NCBI GenBank assembly: GCA_951406725.2
Contig: OX597828.1
Location: forward strand, 42,470,001 to 42,534,000
Length of the DNA stretch: 64,000 nt
From: Octopus vulgaris
Lineage: Eukaryota
Direction of reading: 5' to 3'
Both the position numbers and the translations under genes were made by a program. Shown piece by piece: positions 27,740 to 41,566 of the stretch. Each line of letters opens with the position of its first letter. Position 1 is the stretch's first letter. The notes under the pieces were generated by a model, which did not search any database, was not told where the DNA came from, and was given only the letters and a program-made list of their open reading frames with translations.

Positions 27740-27780
27740 ACACATACCAGGGTATAGAGAGAGACACGGGCGGTAACACA

Positions 27781-27822
<42 letters not shown>

Positions 27823-27955
27823 CGCACATACACTCGCACGCACGCAGCAGATAAACATACCATGCACCATTAATCAGATTACGCGTCCAAAATTCAGCAT
27901 CCCGCCCGACCCATAAATATACGTGACATTATACATATATATATATATATGTATG

Positions 27956-27989
<34 letters not shown>

Positions 27990-28094
27990 AAATGAGCACA
28001 TAAACCACATTCATAAGCTATACCTTACACATATTCGGGTTCTAAATCCAGCAAATCACACGAATGTGGCACTATAACTATTTCTGTTTTTAGG

Positions 28095-28262
28095 TATGTG
28101 TGTATGTGTTTCTTTTCTGTGTATCTTTCTGTTGAAGAGCGTCGGCTCGAAACGTAAAAGACTTGTTTTATTTCTATTCCTGAGCGCCATACTAATACAA
28201 TTGTTTGGCTGTATTCCACCTGCCTTCGTCTTTTGTTTATTTTCATAAAGCTTCCCGTTATA
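28095..28262 (+). mobile_element. Penelope-like pseudo-LTR repeat with hammerhead-like motif (28124-28161)
   Basis: TCTTT-CTGTTGA-A-GAGCgtcgGCTC-GAAA-CGTA-AAAGA. Homologues at 29195-29378 (-), 39515-39680 (+) and a partial end at 56818-56890 (-). Confidence 0.65.
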
Positions 28263-28334
28263 TATATATATACAGATAGATGAGTGTGTGTGCGTGTGCA
28301 TGTATATATATATGTATTCTTTTTTTTTTTTTTT

Positions 28335-28540
28335 TTTTCAGTCGTTTGACTGCGGATATGTTAGAGCACGGCCTTTAGTCGAACAAATCGACCCCAGGAC
28401 TTATACTTTAATAAGCCTGGTACTTATTCTATCTGTCTCTTTTGCCGAACCGACCGCTATGCTACGGTGACGCAAACACACCAACGTCGGTTGTCAAGCG
28501 ATGGTGGAGTGACAAGCACAGACACAAAAGGACACTCAAA
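28335..28540 (-). mobile_element. SINE family A, 3' half
   Basis: TTTCAGTCGTTTGACTGCGG...GTCGAACAAATCGACCCC...GGTTGTCAAGCGATG. Confidence 0.8.
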
Positions 28541-28551
28541 CACACGCATAT

Positions 28552-28582
<31 letters not shown>

Positions 28583-29194
28583 GTGTGTGTGTGTGATCAC
28601 ACACTATTTATTTAATACAGGTTTCAAACTTTGGTACAAAGTCCGTAAATTGAGAGAAAGGGGGTACGTAGAGATTTGAACTCGGAACGTAAAGCTACTT
28701 ACCGAGAGAAAATATTTAGCAATGTGACCGTTGATCTGTCTATCTTAATGTTGTCCTCTAATAATATTAATTGAACCAATACACGGCTACGACTTGATCT
28801 CTTCTTGGAATCATAATGGCGTTGATCTCCCGTTTCGAGGTTCTAAGTTAAAATGTCTGATCAAGAATTTTGTCGGCTCAGTTAGGGTTGATCTCGAGTT
28901 AGAGAAACAAAATAAGCAAATCAGAATCGTTTGGTTGAAGGTTAAACATTCTGAATTGAAATGGGTAGGAATTGGTGAAGCTTAGTTGGTGATTCAATGA
29001 ATCTAGATTGTTCGTATTCCGTCGTTGCCGTCCTATTTGTGGTTTATATTAGCAATCAAAATGTGGACAAAGATTACGATAAAAGTCATGGTGTTAGTAG
29101 GAATGGTAATGAAGGTATTGCCGGGGTGATTACCTGCGATAGAATAGTTTATTCCGTGTGTATACACACACGAACTTATTTATAGGGAGAATTT

Positions 29195-29378
29195 ATAGGG
29201 AGAATTCACACACAAAAAAAAAAAGACGAAGTCAGGTGGTCTAGACAACAAACAGATGTATTAGTTTAACGCTCGGGAAGCAAAAAGGTCTTTAACGTTT
29301 CGAGCCTACGCTCTTCCACAGAAAGAAACACAGAAAGAAACCAGGAAAGAAAATAATGTATAGTGGCTAGCGATCTAT
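29195..29378 (-). mobile_element. Penelope-like repeat, second copy (motif 29289-29326)
   Basis: Minus strand TCTTT-CTGTGGA-A-GAGCgtagGCTC-GAAA-CGTT-AAAGA. Confidence 0.65.
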
Positions 29379-29671
29379 CTATCTGTATATATATATATAC
29401 TTATATCTGAACATACTTTTAAGCACCCGCACATACATACATACATACATACAGTATATGTTATGTTATATTTCATTGTATTACACACACACACTCACTC
29501 GCATACATACATGTGAATACGCACGCGTGTATGCACACAGACTGAGGGGCTTAGAAAGATAGGTGTATGCATGTATATATGTATGCATTTTATCAACTGT
29601 ATGTACACGCTCCGTGAATCTCACACTGCAAAATGCAATGCAATACAAGCCAACCAACATCTCTCTTAACA

Positions 29672-29739
<68 letters not shown>

Positions 29740-29891
29740 CATTTATTCTTGTTCTTTTTGTTATTCTCTCTGTGTTTGTTCACGTTGTTGTTTCTGGAAT
29801 TTTTTATTGTCATTTTCTGTTAGTCTGTCATTCCATTCTATATGTCTGTGCATTCTGTCTGTGTCTGTCTCTGTCTCTCTCAGTCTCTCTT

Positions 29892-29922
<31 letters not shown>

Positions 29923-29951
29923 AATGTATATACAATGTATATATAATTTAC

Positions 29952-29983
<32 letters not shown>

Positions 29984-30413
29984 AAATATGCAGTTATTTT
30001 TAGATCGTCTTCCACTTCTACCAGCTTTATAAGAAGTTCCCCCCCCTCCTTTGTGTCTCCCTAATTGCCTCTGCATGTGTACTATACACACTGTTCTAAT
30101 GCATACATACATGCATATATGTGTATGTATATATACATAGATGTATATATAATGTGTGTGTGTGTGTGTGTAACCATGGCTTTTGTATGTTTTTGGTACC
30201 ATAGTCTTTGGTTTTTGTATTGTTATTTCCTCACAGTCAGCCGCTTTTTATTTAGAGAGAGAGAGAGAGAGAGAGAGAGAAGACAGAGAGAGAATGTGTG
30301 TGTGTGTGTGTGTGTTGCCCTCTTTCTTTCCTTTTACTCTCATGACTGACATTCAACAGAGTTTCTCTTTCTGCGACATTGTTTAGCGTAGCAAATACAC
30401 AAAACCACCGACG

Positions 30414-30452
<39 letters not shown>

Positions 30453-30474
30453 GCACACACATGTATTTCACTCC

Positions 30475-30524
<50 letters not shown>

Positions 30525-30750
30525 CCCTCTCTCTCTCATTCTTCCGCTCATTCTTCCATCTCTAGATTAAGAACCAAAACTTTTTCAAGAGTAACAAAGT
30601 CATTGAATCCGATCGAATAACGAAAACAAAGCCTTAACTGCTTCGGGTGGATGGATAGGTGTGGTTGCTAGGGGATGTGGGCTGTTGGTGTCTGTCTCTT
30701 TGAACGGGTGATTGTTAGATTGCGAAGACTAGAAAGCTACGTATATATTG

Positions 30751-30795
<45 letters not shown>

Positions 30796-33599
30796 CGAAT
30801 TGTTGGCGAGAAAGCATAATGCTATGAATAGTGGCATATAGAACTCGCTGTAGATTCTACGAATGCGGGTACGATCCTGCAAATCTGGGGTACGATTCTA
30901 CGGAATTCGTGTCGTTTCTTGCGCATGTGGGGTACATTGCACATGTGTGGAATGGATGAGACAGATTAAAAAAGCAGTGAATATATATAAATACGATACA
31001 TTGTACTTTATCTTAGTCTTCGTGGTTATTTGTAAGAATAGTGAATATCAGGGTGGACTATAATATACAGTTAGGGGTAGGGGTATGTACGGTAATGATG
31101 TCCTGGCGGCGGCGGTGGATCTCCGTCGCTAGACGATGAGGATTCAGTTGTTCGATCAACTGAGTTATCTGCTCCTGAATTATCTTGCAGATAGATGAGC
31201 ATATCTACAAACATGTCAGCCCTTAAAATAATTCTCGGGTCGAAGCAGCGTTACATCAACGACTTGCACTTTTTGAGTCGAGTCACGGGTGCGAGCTACT
31301 CTTTCTATAGAGTTTTCGTCTCCCCCACCTCCATTCCGCGTGCAACGTACGAGTAGAAAGTGACAGTTGCTCTTGATGTCATGCGCTGGGCTCGAACTCC
31401 GGAGTTCATGGTCGCGAAGCGAACTTAACCATCTGAATCTAACCATACTGCACCTAGTATTGACCCAGAAACATTTTTCTCGTATAGCGCTTATTTGTAC
31501 CGATTAACACACACACATGCGCGCGCACATACAAACAACCCCCCCCGCCCAATGGACGGTGCTGAGTTGTCAAACATTTAAACCAAATTTTCTTAAAACA
31601 CCTTTTTCCGACCGTCCCATAAGCCTCCTCTTTTGAGAAACACTGATTTAACCTAAATTTGAGACACCAGCAAAAGAAGAAATAAAGATAGACTTTTTTC
31701 TATTCCAAGAAAAACGATTTTACAAACGCACGTTCCCACGGCTTTATCGATCGCATTCTCACCTGGAATCGATTTTTGTAATTTTTTTTCAAGACTTATA
31801 TACACGCTCTAAACTAAATATTATTGATGTTGTTGGCATCCCGTGATATACCAAAATCCTGCGACGAACCGATGTCCCGTCTGGGAGTGGAGCGTGATTA
31901 AATTCGTAAAACTGGCCTTAAGAATCTATGACTAGGGAAGGACTTTTTTTTCTTTTCTTTTTTTCTTTCTTTTTTTCCTATCAAATAAGTTGAAGTTTCT
32001 AACATAGAGTACCACCCATAACTTGGCCAGAAATTTCGTGGGGAGTTGGCGACTAAAGTTAAGTTCAAATATCCACCCCGAAATAAATTTTAGGAAGCAA
32101 AGTTGGCCACGGTAGGATTCGAAACCAGTCCATTGAAGGACCGTGAATAGCTACCTACCAAGCATGTCCAATACGCGAACGAGTCTACTAGCCTACGACA
32201 CTAATTGTTGATGTAATATACATAGTAAATATACAATTATGTACTTAATCCTGTCCTATCCAAGTTAAGTTCATTGCATACGTGTGTGCTGCGTGTCCCT
32301 CCATTTTATCCGTCGATGGGCGTTTTGCTCGATCCAAGAGGCAATTCTTTACCATTTAATAACAGCTATTTCTATGTTCAAAACTGTTTTACTATAACTA
32401 AAGTGTGTCTTTATAATTTAACTAACGAAAAACAAAAATAACAACAACCTTAGTAAAGGATTAAAAGCAACCAATAAATAAAAGCCTTTTGTAAAGAGTT
32501 AATGGTGGGAAGGGGGAGTCACTGGCGTACAATAATGGAAAGTCATGTCACGCATGTATTTCTCTCATTCACATCATCATCATCGTCGTCTTCATTATCA
32601 TTGGGATTATCGTTATCATCGTTTGCATATAAATGTTACTGGGTTTTTTTTTTTTTTTTTTTGTTGTTTTGACATGGCGCAAAAGCAAAAAACAAAAAGA
32701 AAATCAATAAAAATAGACAAAATATATTATTATATTTGTTTGCAAACTTAAAGTCTTTATTTTGAAAGAAGCAGACGATAAAAAAAATAATAATAATAAT
32801 CAAGAGTACAAGCAAAACAAAATGGCGCTTGATGGGAATAAGTAGCTAAGATATATATACATGGAAGAAAGGTGGGTGTATGTGAAGATAACGAAGATTG
32901 TGGCGATTATTATTATTATTACTATTATTATTATTATTATTATTACTAATATGTTTATTTTTTCGTCAATTAATGAAGTGATACATCGACATAGATGCAA
33001 TTACATACACGAGTTTGTGTGTGTCTTAAGTGTGAAAATATGGCCACTAGAGAGAAGAGAGTATGATGAGATCTTCCTTGTTCTTATTATAATTTCTGAT
33101 ATACTGTGCTTCTTTTTTTCCTTCTTTTTTTTTCTTGTTCTTGTTGCTGTTATGGTTCCTAATATTGGTCTTCGTTTAGTTTATTGCCGCTGCTTCTGCT
33201 GATACGAAAGTACTTTACTTCTAAACAAAGGAAACTTGACATTATTACAATGAAAGATTTCAGACGGCAGCAATTTGTTCCAAACTATGCCATTTTATTT
33301 TCTGTCTACTTCTGTGCATATATATATATATACACTAACTTTCTTATACGTTCTTATAAACATGCATGTTCGATAATCCTTGTAAAATCTCCCTGTATCT
33401 GTAATACGAAATTAAATTTAAAAAAAAAACACAAAAAGGAAGCAAGGTACACGTTACTTAGTACCAAGACGCCACAGGGTTCATGTGAGTGCATGTGTGT
33501 ATTCTTCAGAGGGTCATATTCTTCAGTTTCCTTTGGAACAACGAAAGTGGCGTAGCAACTTAAGACTAAAGTTTTCAAAACATGATCGCAATTTAAATA

Positions 33600-33987
33600 T
33601 GTATACACAAAGTTATTTATTGATTAGACTAGACAAGCATGGTCGTAGAACTTTTGTCGAACACACAGGTGGCACTGCAAGCTCAGGAATTTCTGGAAGT
33701 TATTGGATATGGTCTTCGAGGTTAACCGTTGTTCTCTTAACTAGTCTTGGAAAGCCAGCTTCTACGTCAACCATGATCGTCAATGTTAAGGAACTCTGGA
33801 CATTGGTACTGACCATGTTTGTCATTGCCAATCAGACCTCTTCAAGGCACGTTACTTGTTTGAACACATCTATGACAAATATGTGTCGTCAGTCTTAGGC
33901 TATTACGCATAACTTGCTTGTAAATAGACTTTATACAATTTGTACCTTTGGTGGCCCAAATGTGAATTGTTATGATACATCCCAGTA
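33600..33987 (+). mobile_element. Possible highly decayed Tc1-like transposase remnant
   Basis: Weak peptide similarity (AQEFL..., NVKEL..., LNTSMTNMCRQ) to the Tc1 C-terminus and a TIR-like end (ACATCCCAG-TA). No catalytic motif survives. Confidence 0.25.
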
Positions 33988-33993
33988 AAGATA

Positions 33994-34264
33994 TGTTTCT
34001 TTATTAGCCACACAGGGCTACACACAGACAGGACAAATTACAAGGTAGAGCTTTTCTTTTGGGGGTAAAAAAGGGGGTTTGGTTTTCGATCAAAAGGGAT
34101 CGTAAAGGGAAAGAAAGAGGACAAAATAAGGGGGGGATTGATCAATAGGGATCGTTATCACAGAAATGTCAATATGAAGTGTAAAGGGGAGGACAGGTGA
34201 GGTTTACCCGTGGAAAGAAAAGCCTACGGAAAAGACCACGGTAACCTCGGTCAATGAAGTCACA
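33994..34264 (-). mobile_element. 3' UTR fragment of a LINE (5'-truncated)
   Basis: Minus strand is pyrimidine-rich and ends TGTAGCCCTGTGTGGCTAATAAAGAAACA with a poly(A) signal. The terminal ~45 bp are shared with SINE tail type 2. Confidence 0.6.
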
Positions 34265-34660
34265 GAAAAGATAATTATCCTGCGATATAATGTGATGTGT
34301 GTGCGTGCTTGTGTGTGGATTGAAGGATATTGGCAGCCGTATATCATTTTATTTTGTAATAATAAGTACGAACTTTTGTGATGGTGGACGTGTGACAAAC
34401 GTCATCAACTACCACCAGCACCACCACCACCACCACCTACTACTACTACTACTGCTGCTGCTACACCATTCCTGAATCCCTCGATCTGTACAGTTATTTA
34501 ATTTCTTCCCTTTCTTCCTGTTCTTTCTTTCTTTCTCTCTTTTCTGTCATTCTTTCAGGCTTTCTTAACAAATACCCTCTCAAAGACTGGTGCCTTGCCT
34601 CTGAACTCACCATTTTTCATTCATTCATCCATTCATCCATACCCACATTGAACCATCGCG

Positions 34661-34711
<51 letters not shown>

Positions 34712-34746
34712 AACAAACTCTTTCTTTCTTTCTCTGTCTCTCTCTC

Positions 34747-34779
<33 letters not shown>

Positions 34780-35030
34780 AGCCCTATGACATCACGTTGC
34801 TGTAGATGTGTTTGCTGTAGTCTATATCCCGCCTGTTTCTTATCTATCTTAGATCTGAGAACTCCGTCAGACAGACAGTCAGACAGACAGTCACCATTTT
34901 GGAAAGGTACGTTAGACTATATATAATATTTACAGTATTAAAAGTGTCATTTCCATCCCTTAACACCACCACCTCCATCCACCCACCCATCAGTCACTTA
35001 CCCCACTCTCTTTTCTATAAACGCACACAA

Positions 35031-35088
<58 letters not shown>

Positions 35089-35163
35089 ATTCACCTGCCT
35101 CCACCCACTTTTATCCACCAACCACGCCTTATATATCTTCTCTACATAGATATCTTCAGTGTG

Positions 35164-35198
<35 letters not shown>

Positions 35199-35250
35199 TA
35201 TATAATATATATATATATATGCACACTGAAATGTGTGTTGTCTATATGTG

Positions 35251-35281
<31 letters not shown>

Positions 35282-35475
35282 ATACATATACGTAGGTGTA
35301 AATAAATGTATATGTGTATGTATGTATATATATGTATGTATGTATATATATATATGTATGTATGTATATATATATATGTATATATATATATACATATATA
35401 TGTGTATATATATATATATATACATGTATGTATGTATATATAATATATATATATATATATATACATGTATGTATG

Positions 35476-35508
<33 letters not shown>

Positions 35509-35604
35509 ATGTATGTATGTATGTATATATATACATGTATGTATGTATATATATATATAATGTATATACGTATGTATAGAAATATGGTAGTGTGTATATA
35601 TTGC

Positions 35605-35682
<78 letters not shown>

Positions 35683-35918
35683 AACATAGCTGTGTTCATG
35701 TTGCATATGAACACGTGTATATATGTATGCATAAACATGCGCGATTTCACACGCACACCTGCTGCATATACCGCAAGTAAACAGGCTCTCTGCACATTTG
35801 GTATAAATGAAAATCAGGCGTAAACGACCCCTAACCCCCAAAAACATGTTGCTGTGTGTGTGTATGTTTGTATGTATGTGTATATATACACATATGCTCG
35901 TGTGTGTGTACATATGTG

Positions 35919-35949
<31 letters not shown>

Positions 35950-35997
35950 ACATATATGTATATATCTATATACGTGTGTGTATATATATATATATTA

Positions 35998-36057
<60 letters not shown>

Positions 36058-36546
36058 GTATGATGTATGTGTGTGTGTATATAAGGACTTGTATGTACAG
36101 GATATAACATATGTGTTTATGGAATGCAAGAATGCTTTCTTTATTTTCTATTTGATTGTCTGGTGGGCGAATGTGTGTGTGTATACATACACACACTATA
36201 CACACACACACACTCACACATACACACAGCACATACAGACATATGTTGTATATAAAATAGAGAGGATGTAGATTTCCTTGCGATAACCGAATAGGGGCTA
36301 GATGGCTGGTGATTCTGATAATATAGGTTAACCATATTAAGGCCTGGGTGTGTTTGAAAAGAACGCTTCTCACTGCATGCGGCTCATGAGACTCTGCAGG
36401 TCGGAACAGTGAACGGTCGTTTTCTCGTCTGAGTATTTTCTTGTGTTTTGCCGGCTGAGTGATGTTTGACACTAAACTGAGCATTTTCATGTCCTCCAGC
36501 TACACACACCATCAGTGCTAAATACCGAGTGTCCATACTAACATTT

Positions 36547-36624
<78 letters not shown>

Positions 36625-36731
36625 CACACACATATATATATACATACATATATATGTGTATACATATATATATATATATATATATATATGCATAGATATA
36701 TGCATAGATATATATATATATATATATATAT

Positions 36732-36829
<98 letters not shown>

Positions 36830-36858
36830 TAGATATATATATATATATGCATAGATAA

Positions 36859-36897
<39 letters not shown>

Positions 36898-37103
36898 TAT
36901 ATATAGAGAGAGAGAGATAGATAGATATATATATGCATAGATATATGCATAGATATATATGTATATATATATATATATATATAGATATATATATGCATAT
37001 ATATATATATATAGATATATAGATATATATATGCATATATATAGATAGATAGATAGATATATATATATATATATATATATAGATAGATAGATAGATATAT
37101 ATA

Positions 37104-37163
<60 letters not shown>

Positions 37164-37465
37164 GATATATATGCATATATAGACACACCTTATATATGGC
37201 GTTATTTCGTTAATGGAATGAAGATTTGGGATGCAGCCATATTGGTGGTGGTAGTGTTAGTAGATGTAGTAGTTGTTGTTGTTGTTGTTCTTGTTGTTAA
37301 TCGTTGCTGTTGTTGCTGCCGAAGTATTTTATTTATATTTTATTTTTATTTTTTTTGGTTGACATTGCTTGTTGTTATCGTTGCTGTGGCTATTCTTGTC
37401 GTGGTTGTTGTTGTTGTGACACTCCTTTCATATTACTGCTGCTGCTTCTGTTGTTGTTTGTGTTG

Positions 37466-37497
<32 letters not shown>

Positions 37498-37683
37498 GCT
37501 CTTTAACGATGATGGTAGTGGTGCTGCTGTTGGAGATGTCGATGGTGGTTCTAAAAATGATGGTGAAGCTGCCGCTGATGTTGATGATGGTCATCGCTAG
37601 AAGACAGAGGTGGGGGGCTATAGTGTGCTGGCCTTGTGGGTAAAGACCATGTTCATGAGTGACAGAGTGAGAGTGTGTGTGTA

Positions 37684-37727
<44 letters not shown>

Positions 37728-37931
37728 CACACACACACACATATATATATACACACACACAGACTGAGTACATATCCACCCTTTTATATCTTGTACGGCG
37801 CACCTTGACACCATATACTTTATCGATGCGAAGGAGCTTAATAAAGCACATTTAAGTCAGGATACCCTGAGTATGCATTCCAGGCGGGTAACTAACTGTG
37901 AGCTTGACTCTGGGATGGGTGTGGGTGAATG

Positions 37932-37970
<39 letters not shown>

Positions 37971-38840
37971 GCATATGTGTCTATGTATATGTGTATATGC
38001 ATATATGTACATGTGTATATTATATATGTACCTACATATGTGTGTATATATATATATTTATTTAAATATATATATGTGTGTGTGTGTGTATGTATATATA
38101 CATATGTGTGTGTGTATATATATATATATGTGTGTGTGTGTCTGTATATATATATATATATACTCACACATACTCATTTATGCATACATATAATTTATTT
38201 AAGTTATATATACACACACAAACACATATATACATTTGTGTGTCTAGAAGATAGCACTGCGCAGCTTTGCATTAACTCAAACACATACAGCACACTCCAT
38301 ACGCACACATACATTCATGCACACGCACCGCTGCACACACATAGCTTCATTTATTTTTTTATTTTTGATTTTTTTAAAATTTTTTTTGTATGTTATCTCC
38401 TAGTGTTATCCCGCCTATTATTTCACCTCTTATCAGCTCCTATGTAATGTATATCGGTATATATACGAGGTATTTCAGAGCTCCTCTGTATAAGCTTACT
38501 TGTAAACGAGACATTCATTTGTTACTAAGGAGAAAGTTGCTGCACAATGATATCGCATAGCTGATATGACAGGATAATATACACGCGCTGCGAAGGTGGA
38601 GGTGTCTTTGATCATATGTATTATTAGGCCGTTCTGTCTGTTTGACGAGTGGCTTTTTCTGGCATAGCTGTAAACTGGCGAGAGTGAGAGAGAGAGAGAG
38701 AAAGAGAACGTCGAGAGAATGAGAAGGAAAGACGGGGGGGAGGGTAGATAAATACGTACTCAATACATGGTGTGACTTGTATTGGTATTGGTTTGAAGAA
38801 TGATCATCACAAGTTGCATCTTACTAGTGCTGTGCTGTGC

Positions 38841-39040
38841 CACAGGAGTGGCTGTGTGGTAAGTAGCTTGCTAACCAACCACATGGTTCCGGGTTCAGTC
38901 CCACTGCGTGACATCTTGGGCAAGTGTCTTCTGCTATAGCCCCGGGCCGACCAATGCCTTGTGAGTGGATTTGGTAGACGGAAACTGAAAGAAGCCTGTG
39001 GTTGGCAAGCAAGCTACTTACCACACAGCCACACCTGCAC
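38841..39040 (+). mobile_element. SINE family A head followed by an inverted copy of its own first 41 bp
   Basis: 38843-38883 is complementary to 38997-39037 at 38 of 41 positions. Confidence 0.88.
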
Positions 39041-39514
39041 CTATATATATAAATACTGTATATTATATTATTATTAGTAGAGATAGAAGCAGTATTTATA
39101 CCAAACGATAATCCTTATATCCAACTTTGAGTATCTTCTTAAAACAAGTGTTAGGTTAGATATAAAGACAGCCTTTCACTGTGTGTGTGTGATGACATCG
39201 AAGAATGGAATTAACTTTATTTTACATTTTAGTACATCGTTTACAGTCGTTTTGCCAATTCATATTTTAACCAATCTTGCGCCCTGTTCATTACCATGCA
39301 TGTATGTATGTATATATATATACACACGCACAAACAAACACACACATATATACGTTGTTTGTGCATGCTAATGTAGATATATATCGCATATCTATCTGTC
39401 TGTCTTTCTGTCCATCTATCTAGCTATATATATATACATATGTGTGTCTGTGTATTTTTACACATACGTATATTATATGAATTTATATATGTACATATGT
39501 GTGTGTGTGTGTGT

Positions 39515-39680
39515 GTGTGTGTGTTCCTTGTTTCTCTCTGTGTTCCTTTCTGTGGAAGAGCGTAGGCTCGAAACATAAAAGACTTTTTCAATTCCTGAGC
39601 GTTATACTTAATACACCTGCTTGTTTTCTACACCACCTGTCTTCGTCTTTTGGTTTTTTGTTTTCGTTAATTCTCCCTAT
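39515..39680 (+). mobile_element. Penelope-like repeat, third copy (motif 39545-39582)
   Basis: CCTTT-CTGTGGA-A-GAGCgtagGCTC-GAAA-CATA-AAAGA, ends in (TA)n. Confidence 0.65.
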
Positions 39681-39851
39681 ATATATATATCCAAATACAT
39701 GTATATACACATAAGCAAGTCACCAGGTGAAGTGAATGAACTGTATGTAAACAATGGTGAAAGTGTAATACGTGTTGTTGACGGTCTATTATTTTCTGTC
39801 TTTTCGCTAAAATATCATACGACATCTTCGACAGGAGAGTCCGCCATGTAT

Positions 39852-39913
<62 letters not shown>

Positions 39914-40057
39914 TGCATATACGCATACAAGTGCGTGTGTATATATGTATGTGTGTGGGTGTTGTCGACATTTGTGTATACGTATAATAACTACTACATA
40001 TAAAAATACCTACACACACTGCTACCCTCATGTTTGACATTCTTACTTCAGGTACCC

Positions 40058-40114
<57 letters not shown>

Positions 40115-40546
40115 CGTGCGTTCCACCCAACAAAAACCATTGTTGTTTGAATCTCTTATGTTAGTTACGCTGTTAAAATGGGGTAGATTTTTTTATGTAC
40201 ACACATAGCTGTGTTGCTCAGTCCCCGAGTGTTGCGGGTATAAAGGGTATAGTTTTTCACCTTCTATCATTAAAGAAGTTGAGAGAGCGGAATTTACTAT
40301 TCTTTTGCATGTCTTTTTCTTATCTTTGTAGGACAAACTTGCTGGACAGGACGGTCTGTTTAGACAGATATCTAGATGTACGTGTGTGTATATATATGTG
40401 TATGTATGTATGTATGTATGTATGTATATATATATATATAATGTGGGGTGTGTATATGTGTATGTGTGTGTATATATATGTATATATATGTATATATATA
40501 TATATGTATGTGTATATATATATGTATGTATATATATATATGTATG

Positions 40547-40601
<55 letters not shown>

Positions 40602-40744
40602 ATATATATATATGTATGTATATATATATATATGTATGTATATATATATATATATATATGTATGTATATATATATGTATATATATATGTATGTATATATA
40701 TATGTATATATATATGTATATATGTATATATATATATATATATG

Positions 40745-40819
<75 letters not shown>

Positions 40820-41019
40820 ATATATATAATATGAAAGGTTGACGTCAGTAAAATTTATAAACTTTCGATAGAAAATGAAAGAATACTGTTTTGGATGTGG
40901 ATCTCGAAGCACACAAAAAGCTATAAATAATAGAATGTACATATTTACATGCTATTTTATTTACAGCTTTGTGTGTGCTTCGCGATCGAGTTCCATATAT
41001 ATATATATATGTATGTATT

Positions 41020-41068
<49 letters not shown>

Positions 41069-41168
41069 GTATATATGTGTATATATATATATATATATAT
41101 ACACGTATATATGTGTATACATATATGTGTGTGTATATATGTATAGAGATAGCAGGAGAGTGTGTGTG

Positions 41169-41213
<45 letters not shown>

Positions 41214-41219
41214 CCGCTC

Positions 41220-41266
<47 letters not shown>

Positions 41267-41566
41267 ATATAGATATGCACACATACGTACACACATCGTG
41301 TAACAAAACACCGGACGAATAGCAGACACCCGTGATTTCATTGGTGACACTAATTACCCGGCCTGACAGATAGCTTACCCTGGCGTCTCCCTAAATAAAT
41401 TCATTGCCTGTGCATTTCAGGTTCTAATCCTGGTTGCTTAACAAACATTATACACTTTTAATTTGCTCGGCTTTTTTGACTCTAACCATATTACAGGTAT
41501 TAATCTCGTTTCGTAGATCAGATTCCTCTCCAATTAAACAAAGCCTTGCTCTATATATGTACACTA

